Source: Schmidtea polychroa
Taxonomy: Eukaryota
Assembly (NCBI GenBank): GCA_044892525.1
Contig: CM097887.1
Span: forward strand, 34,782,001-34,846,000
DNA: 64,000 bases
Direction of reading: 5' to 3'
Shown here one piece after another: positions 10,536 to 25,900 of this stretch (positions are counted from its first letter, which is position 1; each line of letters opens with the position of its first letter). Made by a program: the position numbers and the translations under genes. The notes beneath the pieces were generated by a model, which worked only from the letters and a program-made list of their open reading frames with translations, was not told the DNA's origin and ran no database searches.

Positions 10536-12420
10536 GGGAACGTTCGTAAATGACGTAACATTTAAGAGGGAAGGGGTCTTGAAATTTGTTACGGAGAGTT
10601 ACAGGGGGAAGGGGGTTAAAGATTTTGCTACATAGCACAGAGAAATTTTCAAATAACAAAGGCAATTTATTACATTTTATTAAAAGTTTTGAAAAATCCA
10701 AAAGTGCTCAAGTTTCGATTTTTACTATCGCCTTATCACTGAGTCATTCGCCTATAATTGAAATAGCTTCAGTTGAAAACTGTTGAGTTTTATGATACCA
10801 AAAATCAACACTTGGTTACTTTGACTCCACCTGTTCCAAAAAATTGATAAACATAACTCTCAACGTATATTTGTTTCATAGAAAATTTACAATTCTCAAT
10901 AAATAATTACAACTATTAGTTAACCACGATTTTGCTCACAATTTCCGATCGAACTTCGCTCTGGAAGGTCTCGACCTTGTGCGATTTAAAAATTAGTTTC
11001 ACCTTTGAATTTGATTCCACTCTCTGATCCGAACTCCTTTAATACTCCTTTTCTAACTCTTCAGTTCCTCTTATAATTCCTTTTTTTCTTGGCTTTGTTC
11101 CTCAAATTCCTATTGTCAGTTTCTTCTTCCTTACCTAAAGTTACTGCCCATTATCCGAATTTGAAGTTTCCTTATATACTCCCATAATCGTTGTAATTGC
11201 CCCATTTTTGATCTAATTGGTTTTGACTTCCTTAGTTATCATTCCCTAATTAGCTATTTCTGTTGACCCAGATCGTAATTCCCCTTCTTTTGTTTACCCT
11301 AGTTTATTCGACTGTTTGGATTATTGCCCTCTGAATTTCCCGTTTGTTTATCCTTCCAAATTGCCGCGCTCGGGTTTTATTCATCTCTCGGGTTCTACAT
11401 TGGCTCGGACTTCCCATCAGCTCGGGTTTCCCATTAGTCAATTAATTAATTAATTAATTAATATTTTGCGTTTTTTCACATTTGCCTGTTTTAGGACTAT
11501 TTTTAAACATTTTCTAATAATTTCTTGCTCACTGTCTTCTTCACCATCCCCTAATCTACCCCTCTACCGCTTTCCAGCTTCAATTTCGATAACATTTCAC
11601 TTTATTCCACTTCCTCAGGTTTGCGAATTTTTCCATTTCGTGTCTGATTGTACACTTTTATAGTTCTGTTTTTATCATATCTTTCTTTGCCATTACTTCT
11701 CTGCTTGACCGCCATTCAATTTCGGGTTTTCTTTTATTCTGAACTATTCTATTTGATATAATTTAATAATTTACCTTTAAAACCTCAACAAAACGAGAAT
11801 TACAAATATACATCATTATTTTAAAGTCTTGTATTCGGCGTTGCTGACATGCCAAATGATAACTGTTGCCCATGTTTCAAAGAAAAAATCAAATCTTGCA
11901 CTTGTTCTAAATGTGGAATTTATATTGTTTCTTTAACATTACTCCATAATCACCGCAAAATACATATAAAAGAAAATGATATGATAAAAACGAGAATCCA
12001 GCCAAAAAGAGTACTCCAGAAACGAAATGATGAATTTATGGTTATAACTGAAGAATCAGTTGAAATTGAAACATACGAATGGATCGACGAAATTTTTTAG
12101 ACTTAGCCAATTTGATAATCTTACAATCAGTCGAGGAAGGAAATATTCCAGTAATAAGCTTAGATAAACATTTTCAGTGCCCATGGGAGAATGAATAATT
12201 TTAAAGTTAGATAAAATATTGAAAAATGATGACAACAATTAAAATGAAAATAAGTTAAACTTTATTTTAAAAAAATTACTTTATCAAAATATGAACTTTA
12301 AAAATTTTTGTTACGTTACGTGACAGGGGGATGGGATTCGGAATTTGTTATGATTTGTTACAAGGGGAAGAGGGGGGCAAAAAGTCGATTTTTAGCGTTA
12401 CGTAATTTACGAACGTTCCT
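10536..12420 (+). mobile_element. TWA-TSD DNA transposon (Zator-like), internally deleted
   Basis: TIRs GGGAACGTTCGTAAATGACGTAAC / GTTACGTAATTTACGAACGTTCCT, flanks TGA/TAA. C-terminal transposase-like remnant (NCCPCFKEK..CSKCGIY..NHRKIH..FQCPWENE*) interrupted by a solo LTR. Confidence 0.65.
10781..11790 (-). mobile_element. Solo LTR (group 2), 1010 bp
   Basis: TGTTGAG...CTCAACA with exact TSD AAAC. Contains AATTAATT run and TAATGGGAAACCCGAG repeats. Confidence 0.8.
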
Positions 12421-13057
12421 TAATGTAAATATGTATACGAAATTTATCATATAATATATTAAATAATGTGTATAATTGCAGAATGCTACCATTACTCAGA
12501 AAATGCAAATAAATTAAATCAGGTTTTACTGACAGTTTTGTTTTAAAATTAAATATTCGAAAAATCTCAATTCGAAAAAAACAGGAATTTAAAAAATCTT
12601 AATATGGCAAATTCATTAGGAGGCCCCAGAAATAGTTGATAGTTTTTTGATCGAATCGATCCTGAATAATATCTAAATTACGTTTTAAACGACAAATTTG
12701 TTGAGTGTTAAAGTGGCCAGTGTTTTTTTATAAATCTAAGAGATATTGAGGTAAATATATATTTTTATATTTTTTTAAGTAGTTACCATTGGTTTTAAAT
12801 TTAAATTATATTCTACTAAGAGGGAGCATTAATAAAAATGTTAATTTCTTTACTATGAAGATATTGAAATGAAATTTGCAAATGATGTACTTCTTGAAGA
12901 ATATCATATATTTATTCATATGTTTATAAAATTTTTTTCGTGATTTTTTAAAAATGGCTGTTAATCAGTGTTCGTATTTAAAACAATTTTTTCTGCAAAT
13001 TACAAATTATAAATAATTGTTTTCTTTTTTTATACTTTAGAAAATAGTACCTGAGAA

Positions 13058-14420
13058 TTGACAACTATGAAACGTTCATTTGAGAAGAAGAAAGAAAGTG
13101 GAGTTGTAGGTCGAAAAAGACGCTTGTTAGAGGCAAAAGAAGTAGAAAAAAGCAGCAAAATGTTTAATACGTTTTTAAAAAATCAAGCACAAACACGATT
13201 TCTTCAGAATGTCCTGAAAATTCTGCAAATTCTAAAGAATTGGAAAATGCTAATGATGCAGTGTTCATGATAATGCTGCTGCTATGGCTGGACACAAGAC
13301 TGGTGTTCATCAAGGAATCAAGAAAAAAACAACATGCCAATATTTGTGAATTGTGATAATCATTTTCTCAATTTGGTAGGCGTCCATGCAGCCAAAGAAT
13401 AAGTAATCATGGTAGCATTTTTCGGAACCATCGATACACTTTATGTTTTTTTCTCTTATTCAACCCAGAGTTGGGAAAAGCTCAAAGCTGTTGTACTTGT
13501 GGCTTTAAAGTCTGACTCCGATACCAGGCGGAGCGCAAAAACTGAATCTGTAAAACCTGTTAACAAATATCTCGAGCAAATAGTGGAAGTTTTCCAGAAC
13601 ATAATGGACGATGAAAGCGCGACTAGTGAAACTAAAAGCGACACAAAGCAACTCTATAATCGAATATTAATATATGACTTTCTAACGTTGCTAGGGTTTT
13701 GGAACAAGATATTAATTCGTATTAACCGTGTTCAAAAGAGGTTGCAGTACCCTAAAATGAACTTTCAGGAAGCAGCTTCAAATTTAAAAGCTCTCCAAAA
13801 TTATTTGCATGATGAAAGAGAAGTATTAATTAATGACTCACTGAAAGAAGGAATCCGAATTTGGAATCAATGGGACATTGAAATTGAAAGACGACACAGA
13901 AGAAAAAAAAGAATGGATGGCGAAACATTGAGAGATGCTAGTTTATCAGCTAAAGAAGAAATTGAAAGAATTATGAAAGGGACTGTCGACCGTCTATTCA
14001 ATGAATTAAAAAGTAGAAGCGTTCGTTCAAAAGAAATATATGAAAAATTTTGATTTCTTCTTGACATGGAAAGGTTGTGTTTTAAAGCCGAAACAAGGTA
14101 CTTGAAAGAGCGTTGTGAAAAATTTGGAGAAGCCTACAGCTGTGATGTGGATGGGCAAGAATTATATGAAGAAATTTTGAATTTTAGAACGCTGCTAACA
14201 AGCCGTACCGAAAAAATGTCAAGCCCAGAACAATTACTTAATTTTATAGTTCAGTGTGGAGAAGAAAAGTTTTTCCCAATATGTGTATAGCATTGCAAAT
14301 ATTGCTGACAATCGCGGTTTCTATTGCCAGTTGAGAAAGATCATTTAGTAAACTAAAATTCATATTTTCACATTTGAGAACCTCGATGGTGCAAAGTCGA
14401 TTATGTGATCTTGCTTTAGT
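13058..14420 (+). pseudogene. Degenerate hAT transposase (ZMYM1-like family)
   Basis: CDNHFLNLVG..FFGTIDTLYVFFS.S..W..L..KSDSDTRRSA..FP..IALQILLTIAVSIAS*ERSFSKLK motifs, with frameshifts and stops. Confidence 0.8.
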
Positions 14421-15118
14421 TAGTGCAATGTACAGTCATATTCTTTTTTATTTCTAAATAAGGTATGTGATGTCTGCCTATTTCATCTAGCGTATGTCGC
14501 GGAAATGAAATAAAGAGACTATATAGCGATAATTTACTATGGTAAATTATCGCTATATAAATATTGAAAAAAAACAAAAAATCGATAAAAAAATTATCAA
14601 AATTAAACTGAAAACTAATTCCAACCTTCTATCTGGTAATCAACATTCTCTATTACCAATTGAATCAATCTCAAAATTAAACCGAAAACCAATTCCAACC
14701 TTCAGTTAAATCAGAAATAAAGCACGTATTTTACCGTTATTCCAATCAGTTTGTAGAGATAGCCCAAAAACAATCTCGGTTACAACAAGGTCAACATCGA
14801 TTGCAATTCAATTCACAAAATCTGATTTTCTGAAGTATTATTTTATTATTTTGGCTAATAAAAATTGTAATTTATTCTAATTGTTGTTTAACACATATTC
14901 TACACAACACGCACCCCGATTGTCCCGCCACAATTTTTTAACGGTGAATCTATTGGGCTCTTCAGATTTCCATACCCAATCACAAATCATATAGATACTA
15001 CCATATAAATAAATAAGGATATACAAATACGATAATATTAACAAAATACCAATATCCAAAAATACATCCTGAACGTTACAACAGTTAGCTTAGAATGAGA
15101 AATGATCGAAGAAATTGA

Positions 15119-16185
15119 TGTTGAGATCAGTAAATTAAAATAAATTTAGGTTGAAATTTAAATAAAAAGTAGGTGAAGGAAGAAGACAAATAAAAGCGTA
15201 ATCATGCACAGAATTGATAGTAAAGGAAAGTATGATGGAAGCAGTATTAGGAAATGGCAAAAGCAGTTGCAGAAGGCAAGAATCTGGAAATCCGAAAAAA
15301 ATCAATAAATTGTAAAGTTATCGAAATTGAATTGGGAAAACGGGACAGGTATAGATTAGCTAATGATCAACAAGATGGTGATTAGGGATTTATCAGAAAA
15401 TGGTTAGAAAGGGTCGAAAAGCATTCAAATGTGTTAAAACAGAAAATCGTTAATTAATTAATTAATTGACTAATAGAAAACCATAGCTATTAGGAAACCC
15501 TAGCCAATGGAGATACTGAGAGATGAAAGAAACCCAAGATCAATTAACATGAAAAGTAAATAAAATGAGAATTTCGGAAGGCCATTATCATGACAGCATG
15601 ATTAATGGAGACAAACAAAGTTAGGACTATTACGAAGGAGTAGCAAAGGGAGCCAATTAATCATGATATGGTGCAAACAACATTCAAGGAACCGGTTGTC
15701 AAACCATTGTCAGATAGTAGCAATCAGGTCAAAAACTGATTAATCAAAGTGATTATTCTAGTATAAAAGCAAAGTCGAAATTCAAAATAATCGGCATTTT
15801 GCCTCAGCTAGGGTTAGAAGGAAATGAGAATAGGCAAACGATAAAGGCGAATTAAGGAGATTAGGAAAAGGAAATATAGAATAGGAGATACGAAAAAAGT
15901 GAAAAGGAATCAAATGAAATAGAAACCGGAAAAAGTTGGTCAAGAGAAGCTAAGAAATAAAAAGGTGAATATTATCTTTTGTCAAAGCATCAACACTTAG
16001 CGGAGAATCGATCAAACTCGGACTGTTGAACTATTGATTATTGATTATAATGTATTGTTGATTGATTGTATATTGTTAAGAGAAAATATATTTTTGATTC
16101 AAATATACGTTGGGTAGTTGTTTGTTTTGATTAAAATTACACGAGAAGTCAGAGGTTACCGACTTGAATTAGCAAAAACCCAACA
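15119..16185 (+). mobile_element. Solo LTR (group 2)
   Basis: TGTTGAG...CCCAACA, flanks TTGA/ATGA. Strongly similar to the reverse complement of 50046-51003. Confidence 0.7.
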
Positions 16186-16835
16186 ATGACTTTGATAATA
16201 TAATTAAACAATTTGCGTCAGCTACAGCAAGAAAGATAAATTTGTAATAAAGTGTTAATAGATTTAACTTGTGTGCTTTTTTACCTAATTCTAAAGTAGT
16301 TTTTTAGAAAATAAAACGTAAGTAACCTATTGTCGGAGAGGGTGCAAGATCGGTGTTTGCCATAGGCGCCATTTACCCCAGGTACGCCACTGGTCTTAGG
16401 CCAATAGCAATAATTCAAGCAAAGGGATTCTTATGGAAGTATAAAATAATAACTTATTAACCATTCAATATTGAGGCGATACTAAGCAGTAACTTACTTC
16501 ACTTATATACTGTAACTAATTTTATATGTCCTATTGTGTATGTTCATCTATAAATTTAAAATGACTTTTTCGAGATCATCTTAATTTGAACAATTCTCAA
16601 TGTTGTCAATACGTAGTTACTTTAACTTATGACTTATAATTCAAAAAAGATAATTCATTAAAATTATTTAATAAATAACTGATTTAGAGCAGGAAAGATT
16701 CACGATTTTCACATTTAAATTATTTATTTATCATTAGTACGAGTTACAGTTATTTAACCTTGTTTATAATATCCAACATTTAGTAATCGACGATTTGATT
16801 GCAAGAATTATTTTTGAAATATTGTATTTGAAATA

Positions 16836-18251
16836 ATGTTGAATAATTTGATTAAGGGTAAGTTTTAATTTTTACATATTTTTTTAAAAAGAATTTACTA
16901 TATTAAATCATAAACTAGGATCAAGAATAGCTTATAGAAATAAAAATGATACTTTCGATGTGAGTAATTTAAGATTTATGGATCCAATTAAAGAGTTCGA
17001 TGTTTGGTTTAATGAAGCTTGTAAATGCAATGAAATTTTGGAACCAAATGCAATGGCTTTAGCTACTGCAAATTTGTTAGTAGTGTATATCCAAAAGCTA
17101 ATTTAACATGCTATTTAGAAACGGTATTCCAAGTGTTAGATATGTCCTTATGAAGGAATACAACGAAAATGGCTTCCAATTTTTCACAAATTGCTTAAGT
17201 AAAAAAGGAAAACATATGGTATGCTATAAATTTTTTGTGGACAATCTATAGATTATGTACTCAATGAGGAAGGTGAGTGGGAAATATCTACAGAATGATA
17301 TTTTAACTACAAAATACTGTAGTTAGTTTTTACACAACCTATATAATAATAACGGAAAAAAATTGTAATAAAACTCTAAATATGTAGGATTTTATGTTTG
17401 GTATTATGTATATATTAATTCAATTCTGAATTAGAAATCCGATAATAGCTACTTTGTTTTATTGATTTAAAAGATCTGCAACAAAATTGGAGCTTTCTAA
17501 GTTGGTTTTATAATATTTATTTATGCGCCTGCGTTTATGGTGGAACGGTGTACATAAACTCATTTGTAATTACTGAAGAGGAGAAGATCAAAAGATATAA
17601 AATGCAACAGGATAAAGTGTATGAAAATATATCTTTGTGTACTTTATTGAATAATATATACTAATAATCCCGCAGCTTAATGATAGGAAATGGATTGAAA
17701 AGTTTGTTTTGTTATGTTCTACATAGACAACTTCTCTAAATGGTAAAGGATGTGGCTATACTGTGATAGGTTCTTTCGGTACTCTAAAACAGAGGTGCGC
17801 AAAGTATGGGTCGTGACCCCTTTGGGGCCGGTTACTTTTTATGAGGGGTCGTGAAAAAAATTAATTTAATAATGTTACAATATTTAAGGTTAAACAGACC
17901 AGAGTGTTCATAGAACATTTTAGATTTATCCCAAACCTCACCTAGATATCATGTCTATAGAAACTAAGATGATTGGTTAAATGACTGAGGAATCGGTAAA
18001 ATATGATAGAAATTGTACTGAAATATCGTTCTTTCTTCTGCAAATTTTTTACCAGATTTTAGTATACTTCCCAAAAGTACCGCTGAGATTGTATAATTTG
18101 TTCATTTAAAAAATAGAGTCGCGATCGGAAAAGTTTGCGCACCAATGCTCTAAAAAGACATAAGAGTTTGATAAACTGACACAGGCGCGTACGCAGGATG
18201 AATCCATGGGGGGGTTATATATATTATTTTTATATGTATAGAGGGGGGGGG

Positions 18252-18341
<90 letters not shown>

Positions 18342-19903
18342 CCGCCGAGAGGACTTGTGGGGGCCCCTGCCAAGAGCGTGAAAAAAAATTTTCCCCTCGG
18401 ACTTTGGGCTATTTAAAAATGAAGCGGGAAGTCGAAAAATGTCCCAATTGTTATTGGAACAATGTATTCATCAAAAATTCTCTTACAAAAATGAAAACGT
18501 TTACAACTAAAATTACAAAAAAAGTACAAAAAACAAATTATTTTTTAGAATGTTGCTTTCCGAACCTTGCGCCTAGCAAACAAATTAATTACGTCTTGAA
18601 AATCAATTTTCTTAGCCATTTCAGATTCAATCGACAACATTCCTAAATCATTCAATCGGTGTTGTGACATTGTGGATCTCAAAACATCTTTTATCCTTTT
18701 TAAAACACTAAAGGATCGTTCTACTTCAGCAACGGTTACAGGGATCGTACAAAATAATCTTATTGATACTATTATGTTGGGAAACAATACATCCAGTTTC
18801 ATTTTTTTAATGATGTTTAGTAACTCAATGGGCGAGAGAGATTTGCTTTGTATATTGGCATCATAAATTGATTTTAAATGGAGTATTTCTTCACCAAGAT
18901 TATGGTCAATATTATTTTCAAAATAAAAATATAAAATAAAATAATATTTTCATATAACTTTTGTAATTTTTCGGACTTCTTTTGTATTTCTTCATCATTA
19001 AGGTTATGAAATAACCATAATACATTAAATAACGAATCAATTTCTTTAGCCGCATTAAATCTTATTACAATATTTCCAATAATACAATCTAAGAAAACAT
19101 TGAAAACATTTGTTCTGAATTCGTCACTTGGCGTCATTTCTAATTCATCCACGTCGCGAATATCGGAATCGATGGCGGTCTCCCATTGACTGCTAATTAC
19201 TAATAATCGAAAATTAGACTTCAGCACTCCAGCACCGGTAAAGAAATGGTTTGTAGCCCAACGCTTAGGTTAATTTCTTATTCACTTTCGGCTTAGTTCA
19301 CAAACACGATTACTTTATCCGCTTCTTCCTGGAGATTTTCACATTGATCAAACAACTACACTTACTACACTATTAATGTCTGTAATTTTTCTTTAAGTTA
19401 AATGATAATAGAGTTTGTAAATAATGAAACAGGCTCAAAATGTCAAAAACTAGTATATATTTGGATTGACTGATCGTGTGCGGTACAGGATGAACTCGCG
19501 TGAAAATAACCGTGTCCCGCACACGGTTCCCTAGTCGGCCCACACGCATCCCTTAAGGGCCTTAAGGCGCTGGCGCCAGACCAGTGATAGCAAGCACTTG
19601 ACTCTTGACAAACAAAAGATTGCCACATGTGCTTACCATTACTGCAAGATGCGTTTGTGCCGTGTAGACTTTTTCGCAACGGGGGTTCCGAAAGCAATCT
19701 TGGCAACGGACACTCTCCAGACGTACCCCACACACACGCACTACAAAAGGAGGAACATAGTTCCTACAAATTGAAATCATGATTTTTTCATAAAAAAATC
19801 AAGTGATTTAAATCATGATAGATTTTTTCTCCGGGGCCGCTAGAACCCAGGGGCCCCGGGTATTTTCCCCGTCAACCCCCCCCCCCCCCCCCTCTTGTCG
19901 GGC

Positions 19904-19941
<38 letters not shown>

Positions 19942-22900
19942 GCATTCGGAATATTTCTTAAATTGTTTTAAGTTTATATATTTATTAATTATAGTTTTTT
20001 ATATTGTTGTTGGAATCATGGGGGGTTAAATCCCCAGTAAACCCCCCCCCCCTGCGTACGCCACTGAACTGACATTCAGTAATGTTGGAAACTAAATATT
20101 CGCTGCTTTGTGTCATTACTGGAAATTTAATTCTTAATCTTAACCATTTTTGTTGGTTGTACTCTTCGAACCTTGAACATTCAACAAGCATAAAATAATA
20201 AAATTACAGAACAATAGAGATAATACCACAAGGCAGTGGTTCTCAACCCGTGTTCCGCGATTACGCTTCCAGTGTTCCGCGAAAAAAATTATTAAGATAC
20301 ATATCATCAAAAACCTCAATTAATTTATTATAAGATGATTCAATAAGAAAGCCGTTACACAGATATATAAACATACAAATATAAAAGGGTTTTATTGCTT
20401 GTTATTGTTGCGCGTGGTATTTTCTCTGCTTATAAGAAGGCATTGTTTACGTTTACGACAGATTTATAGTAATTTGTGATTGGTCACTCATAGTGGGCAA
20501 ATATTTTTTTGTCAGTGTTCCGCGTAAAAAAAATCATGTGAATGGCGTTCCGCGCTTTTATATTAATTGAAAACCACTGCCATAAGGGAATGCTAAGTTA
20601 TTATGTAACGCTTTTGGGGGCGGTAGAAGGGGGTTGAGAATCTGTTATGATTTGTTACGACAGAAGGGTAGGGATCTGGCATTTTGTTATGTAATAATTG
20701 TATGACAACTGAAATTTTTAATTTTCATCAAAATTATAAGTACCAGAATACTATTTTTATTTTTTATTTTAGATAATTTAGAAATTTCATTATAGTGATG
20801 GATAAGTAAAACAAGTATCAAAAAATGTATGAAGCATTTAAAAATGAATATAAATCAAATAGTAAGCCAAATATTAAAAAAATGCAATGAATATTGGATT
20901 TCAATTAAGGAAAAGCAAAACTTTGAACAATTATTTACTGAAAAAATGAAGGAGTTAAAAGGAAAAGACAGAAAAGGAACGATATAGAATGTTTTATCTT
21001 CAAGAACAATTTCAACAACCAATAATGATTCATATCTAATAACATAACATTTCATTCAACAACAGCTCAACAAATATTTCAAAATCAAATACGGCACCCA
21101 TCGACATAACGTCAATAGTAGGAAAAAGTTGTCCTAAACAACATGAAATTGCTAAGAGAATAAAAATTGTTCAATATGATTTATATGCCTTACAGATGCA
21201 AGATAGTAGTGGAATGCTTTGAATTAATGAATATGTGAAGAAAAAGAACTTCAGAAAGAAAAAGAAAATTTAGAAAGAATTAAAAAACTTCAATCATACC
21301 AAAAGTCACAGCGAGAATTTCGTATTGAGAGAAAGCGAAAAAATTTTTCGTTCCATTATACTTAAGGGAGGAGGAGATCATAGCATTCTGTTACGATTTG
21401 TTACAATATAGCGGGCGGGGGCAAAATAATAATAAAATAATAAGCATTACATAATAAGCTAACGTTCCATAATTAGAGATTATAATTCATATGATTATAA
21501 AATAATTTTTCTTACCTTCAAAGACTGAAGCTCAACAATTAGATTATCTGCAAAAGATTGAAAGAACAAACACCCAATTTCGAACACAAATTTAATATTT
21601 TCACACCAACTGTCAACCTTCATTGAATAATTTCTATTCAAACAATCGCTACAAAGGATACTAGCACCATAGAAACAATGTAAAACAATTTTCACCGGAA
21701 CTCTGTACAATTTTAAAGTATAGTGAAAATTATAACAACTCACAAACAATACTTATAGAACAATAATTAACCCATTTAACGCACTTATCCGAGTAAACTT
21801 TGGTACAAGAAACTAGCGCTTGCAATTCTGGTATTTGGTCTAAAATAATGAAACCGTAATACCGGTATTGTCTCGTTCAATACCGGGATTGACGGTATTT
21901 AAAAAAATTAAGATTACTGTTTTTTTTTTAATTTTAGTTTTAACAAATGCACAATTCAATTTAATTTTATATTTAATTTGTATGCATTTTGTAAATTAAA
22001 TAAATAATAATCTAGTTCAATAAATAAAAAACGAATTTTTAGTAAGTGATCTAAAAGTAACGTAAGTAATCTTATAACTGACGTAAGATTAATTTTATAA
22101 TTTTTTTAAAAGAAATGCGTACGGTATATCCTGATATTTTAAATTATTTATTTGATCACAAGATCTCATGTCAGAAATATATCATAGAAAATGTTAAAAA
22201 TCTAAAGAAAAATGACAGTACTGAAAATATTCCAGCGAAAATGCAATTAAATATACCTTCACTAAATATATCAATGAAAGAAAAACTGCAAGTAATTTTA
22301 AAAGAAAGGTTTGAACAGGCACTTGAGCTTGAAAATAAAATCACATAGAATCCAAAGGACCTTGCGTAAATGATAAGAAGAAAAATAATATTTTTTGAAG
22401 CAGAAGGAATAAAAAAATTATTTAATTATGGCTTTTGAAAGCTTAACAATTCCAACAGCAAACGTAAATTCAGAAAGAGCGCTTTTATAGCTAGTCTGTT
22501 TTTTCAATAAAATACTATCATGTTTAGGTTTTATGCTTTTAAGGACTTATTTTGCTAAAAAAAATGATTAAATTTATATTCATCTTTCGATGACTTCTAT
22601 TTTTATGTTTTACTAAATTAAATGTTTTCATGAATTTTCTTTATATTTTTAATGAACTTTTCTAAACTATCTTTCTAGTTTTCATTATTTGTATAATTTT
22701 TTAAAAACTGTTATTATACCGGTATGCGGGTATCAATAATGAAAAATCAATACCGCAATATAGGCATCGAAAAATCTCTTATTTTTGCAAGCCCTACAAG
22801 AAACTAATTTTTTTCCATCAAGCAAGTTAATACGTACAAGCTTGAACTTGGATTGGACTTTTAATCCAGATGTTAACTCTTACCCTAACCCCGTATCAGC

Positions 22901-25900
22901 AAGTTAAGATAAGCCAATTATTTACAAGATTTGTTAATTTTCTTTTGTGTATAAATAAAATTTAAAAAAATTCGGAAAAACGATTGCTTTCTGACATTTT
23001 ATTGATGCGTTAAAAAAGCTAAAATATACACATAAAAAATCATATCAAAATCACAAATCTCATGCATTCACTGATTAATATATTATTCTTTTTAATTAGT
23101 TTTCAATGCATTATTTTCACTTGACATGTTGGCAATTTCTCATCAACCATCATTTTCTGGCTGAAATTTATTTAACGCTAGACTTACCAACACGTCAAAA
23201 TTATTTTCAAAATGGTTTAAATTGATAACCACCTTATATGTATGGTTATAGGTATTTATAATGATTTTAAATGTGATATTAAAGTAGTTAAAATTATGTT
23301 TTATTTTCGATTTAAGTATATTAATTTTAATGATGTACTTAACGTATATCTAAATATACCAATCAATTCTGGTAGTTCTAGTGTTAATAGTGTGCTAACC
23401 GTTGAAAGGAAAATTAAATTCAATAAATAACTAATTGTTAATTGACATCAATTTAGTTCATACAGCTAAATCCAAATTCGAAATCAGCGTTACTTGCCTG
23501 ATTTGTACACAAAGTAGGAATCATATTTCATAAATTATATGAAATCCTCACACAATAACTACATTCCAAGAAGCTTAATTTTGTTTCTTTGTCTTTATTT
23601 CATTAATTTAGGCAATTATAATATTTTTTATTCAATTAATTTCATATTACAGCTTTTATATCCGTTTCGAAGAAGAATTCTTTATATTTTCCTCATTTAA
23701 TAACCTTCATATTTTATCTATTTTTATGTTCCAAATTTATGTAAGTAATCTTTACATTAAATTATCGACTATTGCTAGAATAAATAAGTCGTTTTTGATT
23801 ATATTTTTCAAGGTTCTTTATGAATAATCTTATAAAAAAGCCGTCATCTTAATGATATCATACTAATTAATGCATTTATTACGTTTTTTTGATGAAGAAA
23901 TATTGTTTAGTCCGAAAATCCTGTTGCAAGTGCTGCTTTTTACTGGCCCCAGTTAAATCGTCAAGTAAAAGATTATCTAATGTTAAAGTTTATAAAGTGA
24001 AAATAGATTAGAATTGAAGGATCCATTACTTGTTTGCCTTCAGAGGCAGCTGATAAATATTTTAATGAAAGACCAAGAGAAAGTCGTATCAGTGCTTTAG
24101 TTAGTGAATGTCAAAGTAGTGTTGTGCATAACAGAGAAGTAATTCAAATTTTAATTTTATTATAGCACTATTCTACATTTGTAAAATCAAATATATAAAT
24201 CAAAAATATAAGAGTCAATAAAAATACCAAAAATAATAAAAATGCAAAAATTATCTAAAATTCATTAAAAAATTGGAAATTAATATTATTCGGGAGAAAC
24301 GGGTATGGTTGAACACCAAATCAGGAGACAGGCCCAAAAATGATAATAAGAATTTAATGAAGGGTCCCTAGAAAAAATTTAAAGAAAATAACAAAGCAAT
24401 TAAAATTAAATAATTTACTAATGGGAAACTTGAGCCAATGTGAATCCCTAATCAATGTGAAAAACGAGTTGTGTGGAAACCTAATCTGTATGGGAACCAC
24501 GAGTAATTATTAAAATAATTTTTGTATTGATTTTAATAAAATGACCAAGTGCAAAGCTGAGAGACTGGACAAATTAGTTTATTGTGAAGAAAATTTAGAC
24601 CCAAATTTCGGGAATAATTGCCTGACATCCTTTCAATTATCATTGCAGAAAGGGTATAAAAAGAGAGCTACAAAAGACAAGTTGCCAACCGGTTGGAAAA
24701 AAATAAACTAAATTTAGAGTTTCTAAAAAAACAAAGGATAAAAAATTAAAACTGACGAGATTAGAAGAATTAAAAAATAATTTATTTTGAGCTTTCTACT
24801 AAATAAACGTTAAAGAAAAAACGATTGTCCATTGGGTTACATGCCTTAACGTAACCAAACTGATTTCCGAAGGAAGAGTGCAAACATAGTGACAATTTGT
24901 AATTTGTTTTATAAGTCAATAAATTTGTTCTGCGTTGAATCAGAAGGTAACCGATTTACTAATTATTAACCCAACACAATGTTTATGAGAATAATATCTT
25001 TTTAAAACATAATTAAATTTAACAAAACTTTTTCAAAAAAAATCATTTTAATGAAACCAAAATAGCAAAATATAACAAATTATATTTTACAAGTGCTTTA
25101 ACTGCTTGATAAAATGCGCATTTGTTTATGTAAGACTTGGACATTACTTCCATCACTAGAAATATTTTCCACTAATATTTTTTTCATTCAAAAGTACCGT
25201 ATTTCTTCACAAATTAGATTTACTTCAAAAATAAGACCCCATAACTTTTTATAGAACTGTTGGAATATAAGACATCCCTCGAAAATAAGACCTAAAGAAG
25301 TTAATCGCAAATATTGTACAAATATGTTATTAACACCATGCTATGAAATAAACGAAGAATTCAATTTAATAAATATTAAAACCTGCAGTCATTTAATATA
25401 GATATACTTGTTGGGGTTCGTTAGGAGCCATGGGAAACGATAGAAACACTAAAATAGGATTGTTGGAAAATAAATATAATAAAGTATTATTAGTAATTTA
25501 ATGTTACCATTTATAGAAATAAATAATTAAAATAGGTTAACTTAGGTTAGGAATAAAATAAAATTGTAATTAAACAATTACTATTTATAGAGTAGTGTAT
25601 AAAGTGTTAGTATAAATAGTCAAACAAAAATTTAGAGGGGGATATCATTAGATGAACTAACCAGAGTCAAGTCGGACAAACGAATCGATCTCAATTCAGT
25701 GTTAATTAAAAGTGATCACAATAGATCGAAAATTTGGAGTTTATCTTTGTGGAAATTTGAGAATAAAATTAACTATAACCATTTCGGGTTTCTAGTTAAT
25801 TCCAGGAACATTTTTTAGAAAGTCAGAGTAATAAATAAATAAGTTAGTGAATTTTTGTTTGATAAATATAAACCTTAGGGTTAAGTCGTCAGCACACAAT

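Larger units (their letters stand above)
18182..20066. mobile_element. hAT-type MITE carrying a nested hAT element
   Basis: TIRs CAGGCGCGTACGCAGG / CCTGCGTACGCCACTG, exact 8-bp TSD AACTGACA. Confidence 0.85.

Noticed and set aside
18198-18416. 72-aa ORF with IY repeats
   Set aside because: Translation of the (TA)n microsatellite.
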